From NCBI GenBank assembly GCA_902576765.1, contig CACGWH010000002.1, positions 9,672 through 73,671 of the forward strand: 64,000 nt of DNA, written 5' to 3'. The stretch comes from an uncultured Pelagibacteraceae bacterium. Lineage in GTDB: Bacteria > Pseudomonadota > Alphaproteobacteria > Pelagibacterales > Pelagibacteraceae. Shown one piece after another: positions 25,603 to 36,900 of the stretch. Made by a program: the position numbers and the translations under genes. Under the pieces are notes generated by a model. The model was not told where the DNA came from. It searched no databases and saw only the letters and a list, made by a program, of their open reading frames with translations. Position 1 is the stretch's first letter. Each line of letters starts with the position of its first letter.

Positions 25603-26272
25603 TTTTATAGCACATATATTAGTTGTTGATGATGATGAAGGCATACGATCATTAGTAAAAAAATATCTTAATGAAAATAATTTTTTAGTTTCAACTGCAG
25701 ATAGCGCAGAAAGTGCATCTAAAAAAATAGAAATAATCGAATTTGATTTAATTATTTTAGATATAATGATGCCAGGAAAAAGTGGCTTAGAATTTATAAA
25801 AGAAAATAAAAAAAATTTAGAAACTCCAATAATTCTTCTTACAGCAAAAGGTGAACCCACCGAAAGAATTGAAGGATTGGAAATAGGAGCTGATGATTAT
25901 CTTCCTAAACCTTTTGAACCAAAAGAACTTATACTTAGAATAAAGAATATATTAGAAAAAACAAAAAAAATTGATCAGAAAAGAGTAATCGAATTTAGCA
26001 ATATAATGATTGATCTTAATAAACTTTTAATTTCAAATCAAAAAAAGGAATATAAAATTAACAATACTGAAAAAGTAATTTTAGAAAAAATGATTAATAA
26101 TCCTGGAAAAACTTTTTCAAGGGAAGATATTGGTTTTTTAATTAATTTAGATAAAGAAAGGTCTATAGATGTAATAATCACAAGATTAAGAAAAAAAATT
26201 GAAAAGGATCCAAAAAATCCTAAATTTTTACAAACTATTAGGGGTGCAGGATATGTTTTATGGATTGAGTAA
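25595..26272 (+). CDS. OmpR-family response regulator (PetR-like)
   Basis: VVDDD, LDIMMP, GADDYLPKPF, wHTH RSIDV..TRLRKKIE...TIRGAGY. Confidence 0.93.
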   Translation: MDNFIAHILVVDDDEGIRSLVKKYLNENNFLVSTADSAESASKKIEIIEFDLIILDIMMPGKSGLEFIKENKKNLETPIILLTAKGEPTERIEGLEIGADDYLPKPFEPKELILRIKNILEKTKKIDQKRVIEFSNIMIDLNKLLISNQKKEYKINNTEKVILEKMINNPGKTFSREDIGFLINLDKERSIDVIITRLRKKIEKDPKNPKFLQTIRGAGYVLWIE

Positions 26273-27572
26273 ATTTTTAAAAAATATACTTCCAAAAAGT
26301 TTATTTTATAGAGCTTTATTAATTGTTGCGGTGCCTGTATTGGTTTTGCAACTTGTAATAACAATAGTTTTTTTTGACAGTCTTTGGATAAAAACAACCA
26401 AAGGTATGACCAGAGCACTTGTAAATGAAATAAGTACTTTTTTAGAAGTTTATAATAATGAAAATTATAACAAAGAGGAGGTGGCTAATCTTTTTTCTCT
26501 TTATCAAGATTTAAATTTTGAATTTGTTGAGGATAAAAATTTTAATTATGATTTTAATGAAAGATGGTTTAGTCCAATTGATAGAACTTTAAGAAGAGAA
26601 CTTAAATCAAGATTTAATGAAAATAATTTTTGGTTTGATACTACTAATTATAAAGAATTGATCGATGTAAGAATTAAATATGAGAATGGTTATTTTAAAT
26701 TCTTAGTTCCCAAAGATAGAGTTACGACTGAGTCTGCAAGAATATTTGCTTTATGGATAACTGTGCCAGCACTAATAATGATTTTAATATCATTAATTTT
26801 TTTAAAAAATCAAACAAGGCCAATTACAAACCTTGCAAGAGCAGCAGAAAAATTTGGCAAAGGAGAAGAAATAGACGAATTTAAACCATCAGGTGCTTCT
26901 GAAATCAGACAGGCGGGCTATGAGTTCGATAAAATGAGAAAAAGGATTATAAGACATTTAAATCAAAGATCTGAGATGCTCTCTGGAATAAGCCACGACT
27001 TAAGAACACCTTTAACAAGAATGAAATTACAAATAGCTTTCATAAAAGATAAAGAATTGTCAGAAAAACTGGGAGAAGACATAAATGAGATGGAAAAGAT
27101 GCTTAACGAGTACTTGCAATTTACAAAATCATCTTTTCAAGAAAAAGATGAAACTTTTAATCTTACTGAACTCATAGATAATATTATCAAAAAATATGAT
27201 AACCAAAACATATCAATGAAACTAATGCCAAGAACTTATTATAATGGAAGAAAAAATTTAATTAAAAGATGCGTAAATAACCTTATAGATAATGCAATTA
27301 AATATGGAACTAAAGTGAACATAGAGCTAAATAAAAATAACGATAATTTATTTATTAAAGTTGAGGATGATGGTCCGGGTATACCAGAAAAGGAATTCGA
27401 TAATGTATTCAAGCCTTTCTATAAAATCAGCAAAGGTAGAGCGGACTCTAAATCTAGTGTTGGGTTAGGATTGTCGATTGCATCTGATATAATAAGATCA
27501 CACGGTGGAAATATTAGATTAGAAAAGTCACCTATGAACGGTTTGGGTGTTAAGATTTTTTTGCCCGTTTAG
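26253..27572 (+). CDS. EnvZ-like sensor histidine kinase
   Basis: Two TMs, HAMP, SHDLRTPL, NAIKY, DDGPG, GLGL; start at ATG 26253. Confidence 0.93.
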   Translation: MFYGLSKFLKNILPKSLFYRALLIVAVPVLVLQLVITIVFFDSLWIKTTKGMTRALVNEISTFLEVYNNENYNKEEVANLFSLYQDLNFEFVEDKNFNYDFNERWFSPIDRTLRRELKSRFNENNFWFDTTNYKELIDVRIKYENGYFKFLVPKDRVTTESARIFALWITVPALIMILISLIFLKNQTRPITNLARAAEKFGKGEEIDEFKPSGASEIRQAGYEFDKMRKRIIRHLNQRSEMLSGISHDLRTPLTRMKLQIAFIKDKELSEKLGEDINEMEKMLNEYLQFTKSSFQEKDETFNLTELIDNIIKKYDNQNISMKLMPRTYYNGRKNLIKRCVNNLIDNAIKYGTKVNIELNKNNDNLFIKVEDDGPGIPEKEFDNVFKPFYKISKGRADSKSSVGLGLSIASDIIRSHGGNIRLEKSPMNGLGVKIFLPV

Positions 27573-27792
27573 TTTTTTTTGTTTTTAATTGATTAATTTT
27601 TTTTTCTAAATTTTCAACTCTTTTAGATAGAACTTCAAACTCATCTTTACTTGTTAATTTCATCTTAAAAACAATTTCATCTCTTTTAGATTTTAAAATA
27701 GCCATTATTTCAGCTGCTATATCTTTTGAAGAGATCAATCCTTGCTCAAATAACTTTGCAAGCTTATCAATAACAAATTTTGAATTTTTCAT
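27550..27792 (-). CDS. UbiK/BMFP-family coiled-coil accessory protein
   Basis: LTSKDEFEVL...LEKKI resembles the LVxREEF motif; divergent from lgt as in other alphaproteobacteria. Confidence 0.7.
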   Translation of the reverse strand: MKNSKFVIDKLAKLFEQGLISSKDIAAEIMAILKSKRDEIVFKMKLTSKDEFEVLSKRVENLEKKINQLKTKKTKRAKKS

Positions 27793-27841
27793 ATAAATTT
27801 ATAGTAACTTATTATACTTATAACTAATATAAATAATTAGA

Positions 27842-28624
27842 ATGTTCATTAATAATTTTGACCCAGTTGCAATTCAGATATTCTCTCTGGAATTAAGATG
27901 GTATTCATTATCTTATATAGTAGGAATTTTGCTTGGTTGGTTTTTCGCTAAAAAAATTTTTATTAATAATGAGAGTATCAGGAGTAAATTCGATGATTAT
28001 ATATCATATTTGATAATTGGTATAATTATTGGTGGCAGAATTGGTTATGTATTTTTTTATAATTTTGATTACTACATAAATAATTTAATTGATATTTTTA
28101 AAATTTGGCAGGGAGGTATGTCATTTCATGGTGGGTTACTTGGAGTTATAATTGCAAGTATTTTATTTGCTAAAAAGAATGATCAAAACTTTTTTAATTA
28201 TTTAGATATTGTTTCTATTACTGCTCCAATAGGAATATTTTTTGGTAGAATTGCAAATTTTATTAATTCGGAGTTATACGGAATTGAAACTAAAGTTCCA
28301 TGGGCTGTTAAATTTACTAGTATAGATGATCTTTATAGACATCCAACACAATTATACGAAGCTTTTTTTGAGGGGTTTGTCTTATTCATAATTTTAATTT
28401 ATTTTTGGAAAAGAGGTTTTATGAAAGCTCCAGGTTTGATCTCTGGTTTATTTTTAATTTTCTATTCAAGTTTTAGATTCTTTATTGAGTTTTTAAGAGT
28501 ACCTGATGAACAATTGGGATATATGATTTTCAATTTAACGATGGGTCAAATCATCAGCGTTGTTTTCTTATTATTTGGAAGTTATTTAATTGTAACTAAA
28601 TATGAAAACAAAAAAAAAAATTAA
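27842..28624 (+). CDS. lgt: Prolipoprotein diacylglyceryl transferase
   Basis: GGRIGY, GGMSFHGG, GRIANFINSELYG, HPTQLYE. Confidence 0.97.
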   Translation: MFINNFDPVAIQIFSLELRWYSLSYIVGILLGWFFAKKIFINNESIRSKFDDYISYLIIGIIIGGRIGYVFFYNFDYYINNLIDIFKIWQGGMSFHGGLLGVIIASILFAKKNDQNFFNYLDIVSITAPIGIFFGRIANFINSELYGIETKVPWAVKFTSIDDLYRHPTQLYEAFFEGFVLFIILIYFWKRGFMKAPGLISGLFLIFYSSFRFFIEFLRVPDEQLGYMIFNLTMGQIISVVFLLFGSYLIVTKYENKKKN

Positions 28625-29649
28625 TCTTTCATTGGATAAATTTATAGATTTTTGTCTTTATAACAAAAAGTTTGGTTATTATATGAAAAGAAATCCTTTC
28701 GGAGCCAAAGGAGATTTCGTTACTGCACCAAATATTTCAAGACTTTTTTCTGAAATGATAGCAATTTGGATCATAAGTTTTTGGCGAAGTTTAGGATCAC
28801 CAAAAAAATTTAATTTAATTGAACTTGGAGCAGGTAACGGTGAAATGATGAAAATTTTGATAGAAAGTTTTCAGAATTTTCCCTCAATTTTAAACTCTTG
28901 TAATTTTATAATTCACGAAAAAAGCCCAAGATTAATTAAAATTCAGAAAGGAAAATTAAAAAAAAAGAAAATAATTTGGATTTCAAAGTTAAATAAAATC
29001 AAAAAAATTCCTAGCATATTTTTAGCTAATGAGTTTTTTGATGCTTTGCCCATAAGACAGTTTAAAAAAGAAAATAACTTATGGTTTGAGAAATTTGTAA
29101 ATCTTGATAATAAAAAAAAACCTTTTTATTTTTATAAAAAAACAAATATTAAAAATGTAGATAGAAATTTTGGATTCATGATATCTAAAAAACAAGATTT
29201 CATTGAATATTCAGAACAAGGTTTTTGCTATATCAAGGATTTGTCTAAAATAATTAAAAAAAAATTCTGGTGGATTATTATTAATTGACTATGGATACCT
29301 TGAAAAAAAAATGAAAAATACGCTAAAAGGTTATAAAGACCATAAATTTGCCAATATTTTAGATAATATTAGTAACGTAGATATTACTCATAATATTAAT
29401 TTTGAAGTTTATAAAAATTTTACTAAACGTTTAGGAAATTTAGAAGTAAATTTGACAACTCAAAAAGAATTTTTAACAAAAATTGGAATCAAAGAAAGAG
29501 CAGAAATTATATCAAAAAATTTAAATTTTTTGGAAAAAGCAGATATTTATTATCGCTTAAAACGACTGATAGGTGAAAAAGAAATGGGTAATCTTTTTAA
29601 AGTAATGTTCATCAAAAATAAAAAAAATAAATTTCAATTAGGATTTTAA
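28602..29649 (+). pseudogene. MidA/NDUFAF7-family SAM-dependent methyltransferase, split by a +1 frameshift (real or assembly error)
   Basis: GDFVTAP, ELGAGNG and ANEFFDALP are in ORF1; DITHNINF and MGNLFKV are in ORF2. Removing one A from the A9 run at 29256-29264 restores KKNSGGLLLIDYGY and joins the two. Confidence 0.85.
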
Positions 29650-29650
29650 G

Positions 29651-30412
29651 TTGATTAAATCTAAAAAATTATCGTTACAAAATAATATAAGTCACGGTTT
29701 TTTCGATAAAAATGGAGGTACATCAAAAGGTATTTATAAAAGTTTGAATTGTGGACTTGGCTCCAATGATAAAAAAAATTTGATTAAAAAAAACTTAAAA
29801 ATTGTCAAAAATAAAATTAGTAAAAATTCTAAAAATATTTTTTTAGTACATCAGGTACATAGTAATAAATTTGTTTATATTGACGAAAATTTCAAATTTA
29901 AAAAAACTAAAATCAAGGCAGATGCAATAATTACAAATTTAAGAAAACTTCCTATAGCAGTTTTGACTGCTGATTGTGTCCCATTGTTATTATATGACAA
30001 TAAAAAAAATGTTATAGCTGTCATTCATGCGGGGTGGAAAGGCGCTTTCAAAGGTATAATAAAAAAGGTGGTATCTTTTATGTTAAAGAATAAATCTAAG
30101 CCTGAAAATATTATAGTAGCAATAGGTCCGTGTATTTCCCAAAATAGCTACAATGTAAAGGAGGATTTCAAAAAAAAATTTATTAAAAAGAACAAGATAA
30201 ATAAAATGTTTTTTAAGATTAAAAATCAAATCATTTACTTTGATTTATTAAGTTATGTTAAATTTCAACTTAAATCCTTTAAAATAAGTAAAATCGATGT
30301 TATTAAAATTGATACATTTAATGAAAAAAATAATTTCTTTAGCGCAAGAAGATCTTTAAAACTAAATCATGATGATTATGGTAGAAATATTTCAATAATT
30401 ATGATTAATTAA
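29651..30412 (+). CDS. pgeF: YfiH/PgeF purine nucleoside phosphorylase / peptidoglycan editing factor
   Basis: QVHS, TADCVP, HAGWKG, GPCI, FFSARR. Confidence 0.92.
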   Translation: MIKSKKLSLQNNISHGFFDKNGGTSKGIYKSLNCGLGSNDKKNLIKKNLKIVKNKISKNSKNIFLVHQVHSNKFVYIDENFKFKKTKIKADAIITNLRKLPIAVLTADCVPLLLYDNKKNVIAVIHAGWKGAFKGIIKKVVSFMLKNKSKPENIIVAIGPCISQNSYNVKEDFKKKFIKKNKINKMFFKIKNQIIYFDLLSYVKFQLKSFKISKIDVIKIDTFNEKNNFFSARRSLKLNHDDYGRNISIIMIN

Positions 30413-30420
30413 ACTTTTCA

Positions 30421-31353
30421 ATGAAATTATTAACAGGAAATAGTAATAAAGTTTTAAGTAAAAATATTGCAAAATATCTAAAAACGAAACTTGTCAATTC
30501 AAGTATTAGAAAATTTGCGGATGGAGAAATCTATGTTGAAATAAATGAAAATATAAGAGGAAATAGTATTTTTATTGTTCAATCCATTTCATCTCCTGCT
30601 AATGATAATTTAATGGAACTTTTGCTTTGCATAGATGCATTAAAAAGATCGTCTGCTAAAAACATTACTGCCGTTATCCCATATTTTGGTTATGCTAGAC
30701 AAGATAGAAAAGTTGTTCCAAGAACATCTATCTCAGCAAAATTAGTTTCAAATTTAATAACAAAAGCTGGAGCTGATAGGGTTGTAACTGTTGATTTGCA
30801 TGCAGGACAAATTCAAGGTTTTTTTGATATCCCAGTTGATAACCTTTTTGCTACACCAATCTTTGCAAGACACGCAAGAAAAAAGATTAAAAGTAAAAAA
30901 ATTGTTTGTGTAGCTCCAGATGTGGGAGGAACAGAGAGAGCAAGAGCACTTGGAAAACTACTCGGAGTGGGTCTTGCAATAGTTGATAAAAGAAGACCCA
31001 AACCCGGACAATCACAAGTGATGAATGTAATTGGTGATGTAAAGAATCACACTTGTATAATTGTAGATGATATCATTGATTCAGGTGGTACTATCGTCAA
31101 TGCAGCTAAAGCATTAAAAGAAAGAGGTGCAAAAGAAGTGTATGTTTATATTACTCATGGAGTTTTAAGTGGAGATGCTGTTAAAAAAATTAAAAACTCA
31201 GTAATAAAAAATTTGGTTATCACAGACACCATTGATAATATTTCAAAAACTAAAAATGTTAAAAATATAGAAGTTTTGCCAATTTCAGCGCTTATGGCTG
31301 AAGCAATTAAAAGAATATCGAATTCAACGTCAGTATCAGATTTATTCAAATAA
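30421..31353 (+). CDS. prs: Ribose-phosphate pyrophosphokinase
   Basis: FADGE, YARQDR, DLHA, VDDIIDSGGT. Confidence 0.98.
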   Translation: MKLLTGNSNKVLSKNIAKYLKTKLVNSSIRKFADGEIYVEINENIRGNSIFIVQSISSPANDNLMELLLCIDALKRSSAKNITAVIPYFGYARQDRKVVPRTSISAKLVSNLITKAGADRVVTVDLHAGQIQGFFDIPVDNLFATPIFARHARKKIKSKKIVCVAPDVGGTERARALGKLLGVGLAIVDKRRPKPGQSQVMNVIGDVKNHTCIIVDDIIDSGGTIVNAAKALKERGAKEVYVYITHGVLSGDAVKKIKNSVIKNLVITDTIDNISKTKNVKNIEVLPISALMAEAIKRISNSTSVSDLFK

Positions 31354-31395
31354 TCACTTGATTATTTACAAACATGGGTTAAAAAACTCTGTTTT

Positions 31396-32133
31396 ATGAA
31401 TTCTTTAGAAGCAAACATTAGAGAAAATTCTACCAAAGGACAATTAAATGCTCTTAGAAACAATGGCAATGTTCCTGCAATTATATATGGTGGAAAAGAT
31501 CAAAATCAAAAAATCTCAATCTCAAAAAAATCTCTTAAAATGCTTATTGAAAAAGAAAATTTTTTATCCAACATCATCACTTTAAATATCGCTGGAAAAC
31601 CTCAGAATGTTTTACCCAGAGAAATTAAGTATCACATCTTGAGCGATGAACCAACCCATGTTGATTTTTTAAGAGTACTACCAGGTGTCAAAATTAAAAT
31701 TGAAGTCCCAGTAAACTTTATTAATCATGAGAAATCACCAGGTTTAAAAAGAGGTGGTGTTTTAAATATTGTTAGAAGAAAAGTCGAATTAAAATGTCCT
31801 AGTGAAAAAATCCCTGAAAATTTAACACTAGACCTTGATGGTGTAGATATTGGAGAAAGTTTCAAAATTTCATCAGTCAAATTAGATCCTGAGGTAACAC
31901 CAACTATTCAAGGAAGAGACTTTGTTATTGCTACTTTAGCAGCTCCAACTGTTATGAAAGAACCTGAAAAACCTGCAGAGGCTGAGGCAGCTGAAGGTGA
32001 AGAGGGAGTAGAAGGAACAGAAGCTTCAGCAGCTGATGGAGATAAAGCACCATCTGAGGCACCCAAGGGTGATAAAAAAGAAGGTGACGAAAAAAAATCT
32101 ACAGACAAGAAACCAGCTGAAGAAAAAAAATAA
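31396..32133 (+). CDS. rplY: 50S ribosomal protein L25/Ctc
   Basis: VPAIIYG, HVDF, GLKRGGVL; acidic low-complexity tail. Confidence 0.96.
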   Translation: MNSLEANIRENSTKGQLNALRNNGNVPAIIYGGKDQNQKISISKKSLKMLIEKENFLSNIITLNIAGKPQNVLPREIKYHILSDEPTHVDFLRVLPGVKIKIEVPVNFINHEKSPGLKRGGVLNIVRRKVELKCPSEKIPENLTLDLDGVDIGESFKISSVKLDPEVTPTIQGRDFVIATLAAPTVMKEPEKPAEAEAAEGEEGVEGTEASAADGDKAPSEAPKGDKKEGDEKKSTDKKPAEEKK

Positions 32134-32166
32134 TCTATCCAATTGAAAATCTAATTTCATTTACTT

Positions 32167-32727
32167 ATGCTTTTATTTGTAGGATTAGGCAATCCAACCC
32201 CAGATAGTGAAAACAATCGTCATAATGTTGGGTTTAAAATTATTGACTCAATCAATAAGAAATTTAACCTTTCAAAACAAAAACCTAAATTTAAAGGACT
32301 TTTAACGACTGGAAATATTGCGGATAAAAAAATCTATGCAATTAAACCTTTAACATTTATGAATAATTCAGGGATTTGTATCAGGGAATTAATTGAATAT
32401 TTCAAAATTGATGCTGAAGATGTAATAGTTTTTCATGATGATTTGGATATAGAGTTTGGAAAAATTAAAGCCAAATTTGGCGGATCTGATGCAGGTCACA
32501 ACGGTATAGCATCTATAGATAAGTTTATTGGAAAAGACTATTCTAGAGTAAGGATAGGAATAGGAAAGCCAAAAGGAGGCATTGAAGTAGCAGACTATGT
32601 TCTACAAAATTTTGATGAGGAAGAGTTTTTAAGTATTGAAAAGATTACAAAAAATATAACAGACTCAATGTCTATTTTAATAGAAAAAAAATTAGATTTA
32701 TTTTCTAGCACTGTAAATAATAAATAA
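32167..32727 (+). CDS. pth: Peptidyl-tRNA hydrolase
   Basis: GLGNP, RHNVGF, FMNNSG, HDDLD, GHNG. Confidence 0.97.
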   Translation: MLLFVGLGNPTPDSENNRHNVGFKIIDSINKKFNLSKQKPKFKGLLTTGNIADKKIYAIKPLTFMNNSGICIRELIEYFKIDAEDVIVFHDDLDIEFGKIKAKFGGSDAGHNGIASIDKFIGKDYSRVRIGIGKPKGGIEVADYVLQNFDEEEFLSIEKITKNITDSMSILIEKKLDLFSSTVNNK

Positions 32728-33800
32728 TGAGTTTTAAATGTGGAATAGTTGGATTACCAAATGTTGGTAAGTCTACTCTTTTTAATGCTTTAACAAACTC
32801 TAGCAAAGCTCAGGCTGCTAACTTTCCATTTTGTACTATTGATCCAAATATAGGTGTCGTCCCAGTTCCAGATGAAAGATTAGAAAATCTAGCAAAAATT
32901 TCAAAGTCAAAAAAAATTATTAATACAACTATTTCTTTTGTAGATATTGCAGGTTTAGTAAAAGGAGCATCTAAAGGAGAAGGTTTAGGAAATAAATTTT
33001 TATCTCATATTAGAGAAGTTGATGCAATAATACATATGATTAGATGTTTTGACTCTGACGATATTCAAAACGTAAACCCGACCGTTGATCCAATTAGAGA
33101 CCTTGAAATTATTGAAACAGAAATGATGCTAGCTGATCTAGAATCAATTCAAAAAAGACTTGATAAAAGTAATAAAAAAAATGTTGATGAAGAACAATTA
33201 AAAATTCTTGAAATGGCATTGGATTGTATCAATCAAGATAAAGATATTTCTATTCTAAAGTCTAAATTTGAAAAGAAATTGCTTAATCAGAGCGGATTAT
33301 TATCTCTAAAACCTAAAATATTCGTTTGCAATGTTGATGAACAGAGTATTCAAAAGGGAAACGATTATACTAAAAAATTCTTAGATAAATATGGTAATGA
33401 TAATACCTTAATTGTTTCAGCAGATATCGAAAATCAAATAAATGAATTGGATACTAATGAAAAGAAAAATTATATGGACATGATTGATTTAAAAGAAACT
33501 GGATTAAATTTACTAATTCAAAATGGTTATCAAATTCTTGAGTTAGATACTTTTTTTACCTCAGGACCAGAGGAAACAAGAGCATGGACTATTCAAAAAA
33601 ATTGCACAGCACCAAAAGCTGCTGGTGAAATTCACTCTGATTTTGAAAAAGGTTTTATTAGAGCCGAAACAGTCTCTTATGATGATTTCATCAGTAACGA
33701 TGGTTGGTTAAACTCAAAAACAAATGGTAAAATGAGACTGGAAGGCAAAGATTATATTGTAAAAGATGGAGATGTTTTAAACTTTCGTTTCAATACGTGA
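32727..33800 (+). CDS. ychF: Redox-regulated ATPase YchF
   Basis: GLPNVGKST, NFPFCTIDPN, DIAGLV, TGS domain. Confidence 0.97.
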   Translation: MSFKCGIVGLPNVGKSTLFNALTNSSKAQAANFPFCTIDPNIGVVPVPDERLENLAKISKSKKIINTTISFVDIAGLVKGASKGEGLGNKFLSHIREVDAIIHMIRCFDSDDIQNVNPTVDPIRDLEIIETEMMLADLESIQKRLDKSNKKNVDEEQLKILEMALDCINQDKDISILKSKFEKKLLNQSGLLSLKPKIFVCNVDEQSIQKGNDYTKKFLDKYGNDNTLIVSADIENQINELDTNEKKNYMDMIDLKETGLNLLIQNGYQILELDTFFTSGPEETRAWTIQKNCTAPKAAGEIHSDFEKGFIRAETVSYDDFISNDGWLNSKTNGKMRLEGKDYIVKDGDVLNFRFNT

Positions 33801-34556
33801 CCAAATTCTTTTCATACTAAAGTAGACTAAAATTGTGAGAATTATCAAATACACTATAGCTTTGAATCCCATTCGATGTCGTGACTCTAAATGAGGCTCC
33901 GCCGCCCACATCAAAAAAGTCGTTACGTCTTTAGACATTTGTTCGACAGTTGCATTTGTTCCATCGCCATATTCAACCAATCCATCAGAAAGCTGGTTAG
34001 ACATTTTAATTTTATTACCATACATATACTTGTTGTAATAAACACCCTCATCTAGCTTTACACCTGCTGGAGGATCCTCATACCCTTGAAGGAGTGAATA
34101 AATATAGTCTACTCCTCCCCCTCGAGCTTTTACTAAAACTGACATATCTGGAGGATAAGCACCACCATTGGCTGCTTGTGCAGCTTTAACATTTTCATAT
34201 GGCATAACAAACTTATCAGATAATTTTCCTGGTCTTGTAAACATATCGCCATCTGCATTTGGGCCGTCTTTTACCTCAAAAGACGCAGCTATAGCCTTTG
34301 CTTGTGCTTCTGAAAATTCAGGTCCACCCTTTTCTGCTAAATTTCTATAACTAAGATATTTCATGGAATGACAAGATGAGCATACTTCAGTATAAACCTG
34401 ATATCCTCTTTGTAGTGCAGCTCGATCAAATTTTCCAAAAAGACCTTTAAAACTCCAATCAGTTTTTAAGTATTCCACTTTTTCCGCAGCATAAGAGTTT
34501 AATTGAAATCCAAGTAGGAGCGCTGTTAAGGTGAATATTCCTAAAAAATTTTTCAC
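33777..34556 (-). CDS. petC: Cytochrome c1
   Basis: CSSCH heme motif, PPDMS, C-terminal TM. Confidence 0.96.
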   Translation of the reverse strand: MKNFLGIFTLTALLLGFQLNSYAAEKVEYLKTDWSFKGLFGKFDRAALQRGYQVYTEVCSSCHSMKYLSYRNLAEKGGPEFSEAQAKAIAASFEVKDGPNADGDMFTRPGKLSDKFVMPYENVKAAQAANGGAYPPDMSVLVKARGGGVDYIYSLLQGYEDPPAGVKLDEGVYYNKYMYGNKIKMSNQLSDGLVEYGDGTNATVEQMSKDVTTFLMWAAEPHLESRHRMGFKAIVYLIILTILVYFSMKRIWSRIETKV

Positions 34557-35818
34557 TTAATGTCTAAACTTTCTTTATTTTTTGCTGCAGCTAAATTAGG
34601 AGATCCCCCTAAAATAGGTTCAGTAATACTAAGTGGTATTGGTAAAGTTTTTTCTTTGAAACCTAAAATCGGCAATACTACTAAAAAATGTAAAAAATAA
34701 TATGCAGTAGCCACTCTAGCTATCAACAAATATAATCCTTCTGCAGGCATTGCTCCGACATAACCCAAAATCAAAACATCAGCTACAAGTATCCAATAAA
34801 ATTGTCTATATAAAGGTCTAAATACTGCTGATCTTATCTTAGATGTATCTAGCCAAGGAAGGGCCGCCAAAATAAAAATTGCTGAAAGCATCGCAATAAC
34901 ACCCAAAAGTTTATCTGGTACAGATCTTAAGATTGCATAAAAAGGTAAAAGATACCACTCTGGGACTATATGTGCGGGTGTCACTAAGGGATTTGCTTCA
35001 ATGTAATTATCTGCATGACCTAATATATTTGGCGTATAAAAAACAAAAAATGCAAAAACAATTATAAACATCAATAATGCAAATCCATCTTTTATTACAA
35101 TATATGGATGAAAAGGTACTGTATCCTTTGAAGGTTTTTGTATATCAATTCCTACAGGGTTATTGTTACCAGGAACATGTAATGCCCAAATATGAAGAAC
35201 AACTAAACCTAAAATCAAAAAAGGTATTAAATAGTGTAATGTAAAAAATCTTGTTAATGTCGGATTATCCACTGAATAACCTCCCCATAACCAAGTAACA
35301 ATCCCCTCACCTACAAGAGGTATCGCGCTAAATAAATTTGTTATTACAGTAGCCCCCCAGAAACTCATTTGTCCCCATGGAAGAACATATCCCATGAATG
35401 CTGCAGCCATCATTAAAAGATAAATTATAATTCCAATAATCCAGATTATTTCTCTTGGAGCTTTATAAGATCCATAAAATAGAGATCTAAATATATGAAT
35501 GTAAACAGCTAAAAAAAACATAGATGCACCATTTGCATGAATGTATCTTATTAGCCATCCATAATTGACATCTCTCATTATATGTTCAACACTATCGAAA
35601 GCCATGTCGGCATGTGCAATATAGTGCATTGCTAATACTAAGCCTGTTACTATTTGTGTTATTAAACAGAAAGTTAATATTCCACCAAATGTCCACCAAT
35701 AGTTAAGATTTTTAGGAGTTGGGTAATCAGTTAAATGATTTGCAAGTGTCAGTAGCGGTAAACGGTCATTGAACCATTTTCCAAATTTTGATTTAGGTGT
35801 ATATTGATGATCACTCAT
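34553..35818 (-). CDS. petB: Cytochrome b
   Basis: [24 protein letters not shown]. Confidence 0.98.
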   Translation of the reverse strand: MSDHQYTPKSKFGKWFNDRLPLLTLANHLTDYPTPKNLNYWWTFGGILTFCLITQIVTGLVLAMHYIAHADMAFDSVEHIMRDVNYGWLIRYIHANGASMFFLAVYIHIFRSLFYGSYKAPREIIWIIGIIIYLLMMAAAFMGYVLPWGQMSFWGATVITNLFSAIPLVGEGIVTWLWGGYSVDNPTLTRFFTLHYLIPFLILGLVVLHIWALHVPGNNNPVGIDIQKPSKDTVPFHPYIVIKDGFALLMFIIVFAFFVFYTPNILGHADNYIEANPLVTPAHIVPEWYLLPFYAILRSVPDKLLGVIAMLSAIFILAALPWLDTSKIRSAVFRPLYRQFYWILVADVLILGYVGAMPAEGLYLLIARVATAYYFLHFLVVLPILGFKEKTLPIPLSITEPILGGSPNLAAAKNKESLDIK

Positions 35819-35823
35819 AATAA

Positions 35824-36333
35824 TTATCCAATCTTAATTGTGTTCGCATTTACAAATTCGTATTTAGGAATTTCCATGTTTGTTGGTGCAGGACCTTTTC
35901 TAATTCTTCCAGAAATATCGTAATGAGATCCATGACATGGACAAAACCAGCCGTTATAATCACCCTTTTGATCTAAAGGGACACAACCTAAATGAGTACA
36001 AACACCCAGCATCACTAACCATTCCGGATTTTTAGCTCGATCCTCATCTTTCTCAGGATGTTTTAAATCTTGCAAGCTTACTGATTTTGCCTCTGCAATT
36101 TCATCTTGAGTTCTTCTTCTTATAAAAACAGGTTTACCTCTCCATAACACAGTTATAGTTTTTCCTGGATTGACAGAGCTAACATCTACTTCTGTGCTAG
36201 CTAGGGCCTTTACTGATGCATCAGGGTTCATCTGATCAATCATTGGCCAGATTGTTGCTGCAACTCCTACCGCTCCCACTGCATATGTGGCAGTAAATAA
36301 AAAATCTCTTCTATCAGTTTTTTTTTCAGACAT
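35824..36333 (-). CDS. petA: Rieske Fe-S subunit of the bc1 complex
   Basis: Tat RRDFL, CTHLGC, CPCHGS. Confidence 0.98.
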   Translation of the reverse strand: MSEKKTDRRDFLFTATYAVGAVGVAATIWPMIDQMNPDASVKALASTEVDVSSVNPGKTITVLWRGKPVFIRRRTQDEIAEAKSVSLQDLKHPEKDEDRAKNPEWLVMLGVCTHLGCVPLDQKGDYNGWFCPCHGSHYDISGRIRKGPAPTNMEIPKYEFVNANTIKIG

Positions 36334-36426
36334 TATTTAGCTTAATTAAATATACTCAATATAAATTATTTCTACTTAAATATATGGTTTCATATAATAT
36401 AAAATATTAAATTTACTACTGAAAGA

Positions 36427-36900
36427 ATGACACAGAATTCAACAAATCAAGGGCCGAAAATTGCTTTATTTGAACCTGATATTCCTCAGAATACTGCATC
36501 TATAATCAGAACTTGCTCTTGTTTGGGTGCAAAATTAGAGATTATAGAACCCTGTGGTTTTTTGATGAGTGATAAAAGGTTTAAGCGAGTCGTTATGGAT
36601 TATATGGACGAGAAAGAAATTAAATTCTATCAAAGCTCAAAAATTTTTTTTGAATCAAAAAAAAACCAGAGAATTATATTGATGACTACTAAAGCATCAA
36701 CATCTTACACCAAATTTAAATTTGATAAAAATGATACCATTTTATTTGGTAGAGAAAGTGCAGGTGTTCCTGAAAATATACATAAACTTGTTAAATTTAG
36801 GTTAAAAATACCAATGAAAGATAATAAACGTTCACTCAATATTGCCTCATCAGTTTCAATAATATTGGCAGAAAGTTTAAAACAAACTAAATTCATCTAA
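36427..36900 (+). CDS. trmL: tRNA (cytidine/uridine-34 2'-O)-methyltransferase
   Basis: PDIPQNT, MDY, FGRESAG, RSLN (SPOUT). Confidence 0.9.
   Translation: MTQNSTNQGPKIALFEPDIPQNTASIIRTCSCLGAKLEIIEPCGFLMSDKRFKRVVMDYMDEKEIKFYQSSKIFFESKKNQRIILMTTKASTSYTKFKFDKNDTILFGRESAGVPENIHKLVKFRLKIPMKDNKRSLNIASSVSIILAESLKQTKFI

Noticed and set aside
31960-32130. Repetitive GAA/GCT-rich stretch at the end of rplY
   Set aside because: It encodes the ordinary acidic low-complexity tail of L25/Ctc; there is no exact tandem unit.
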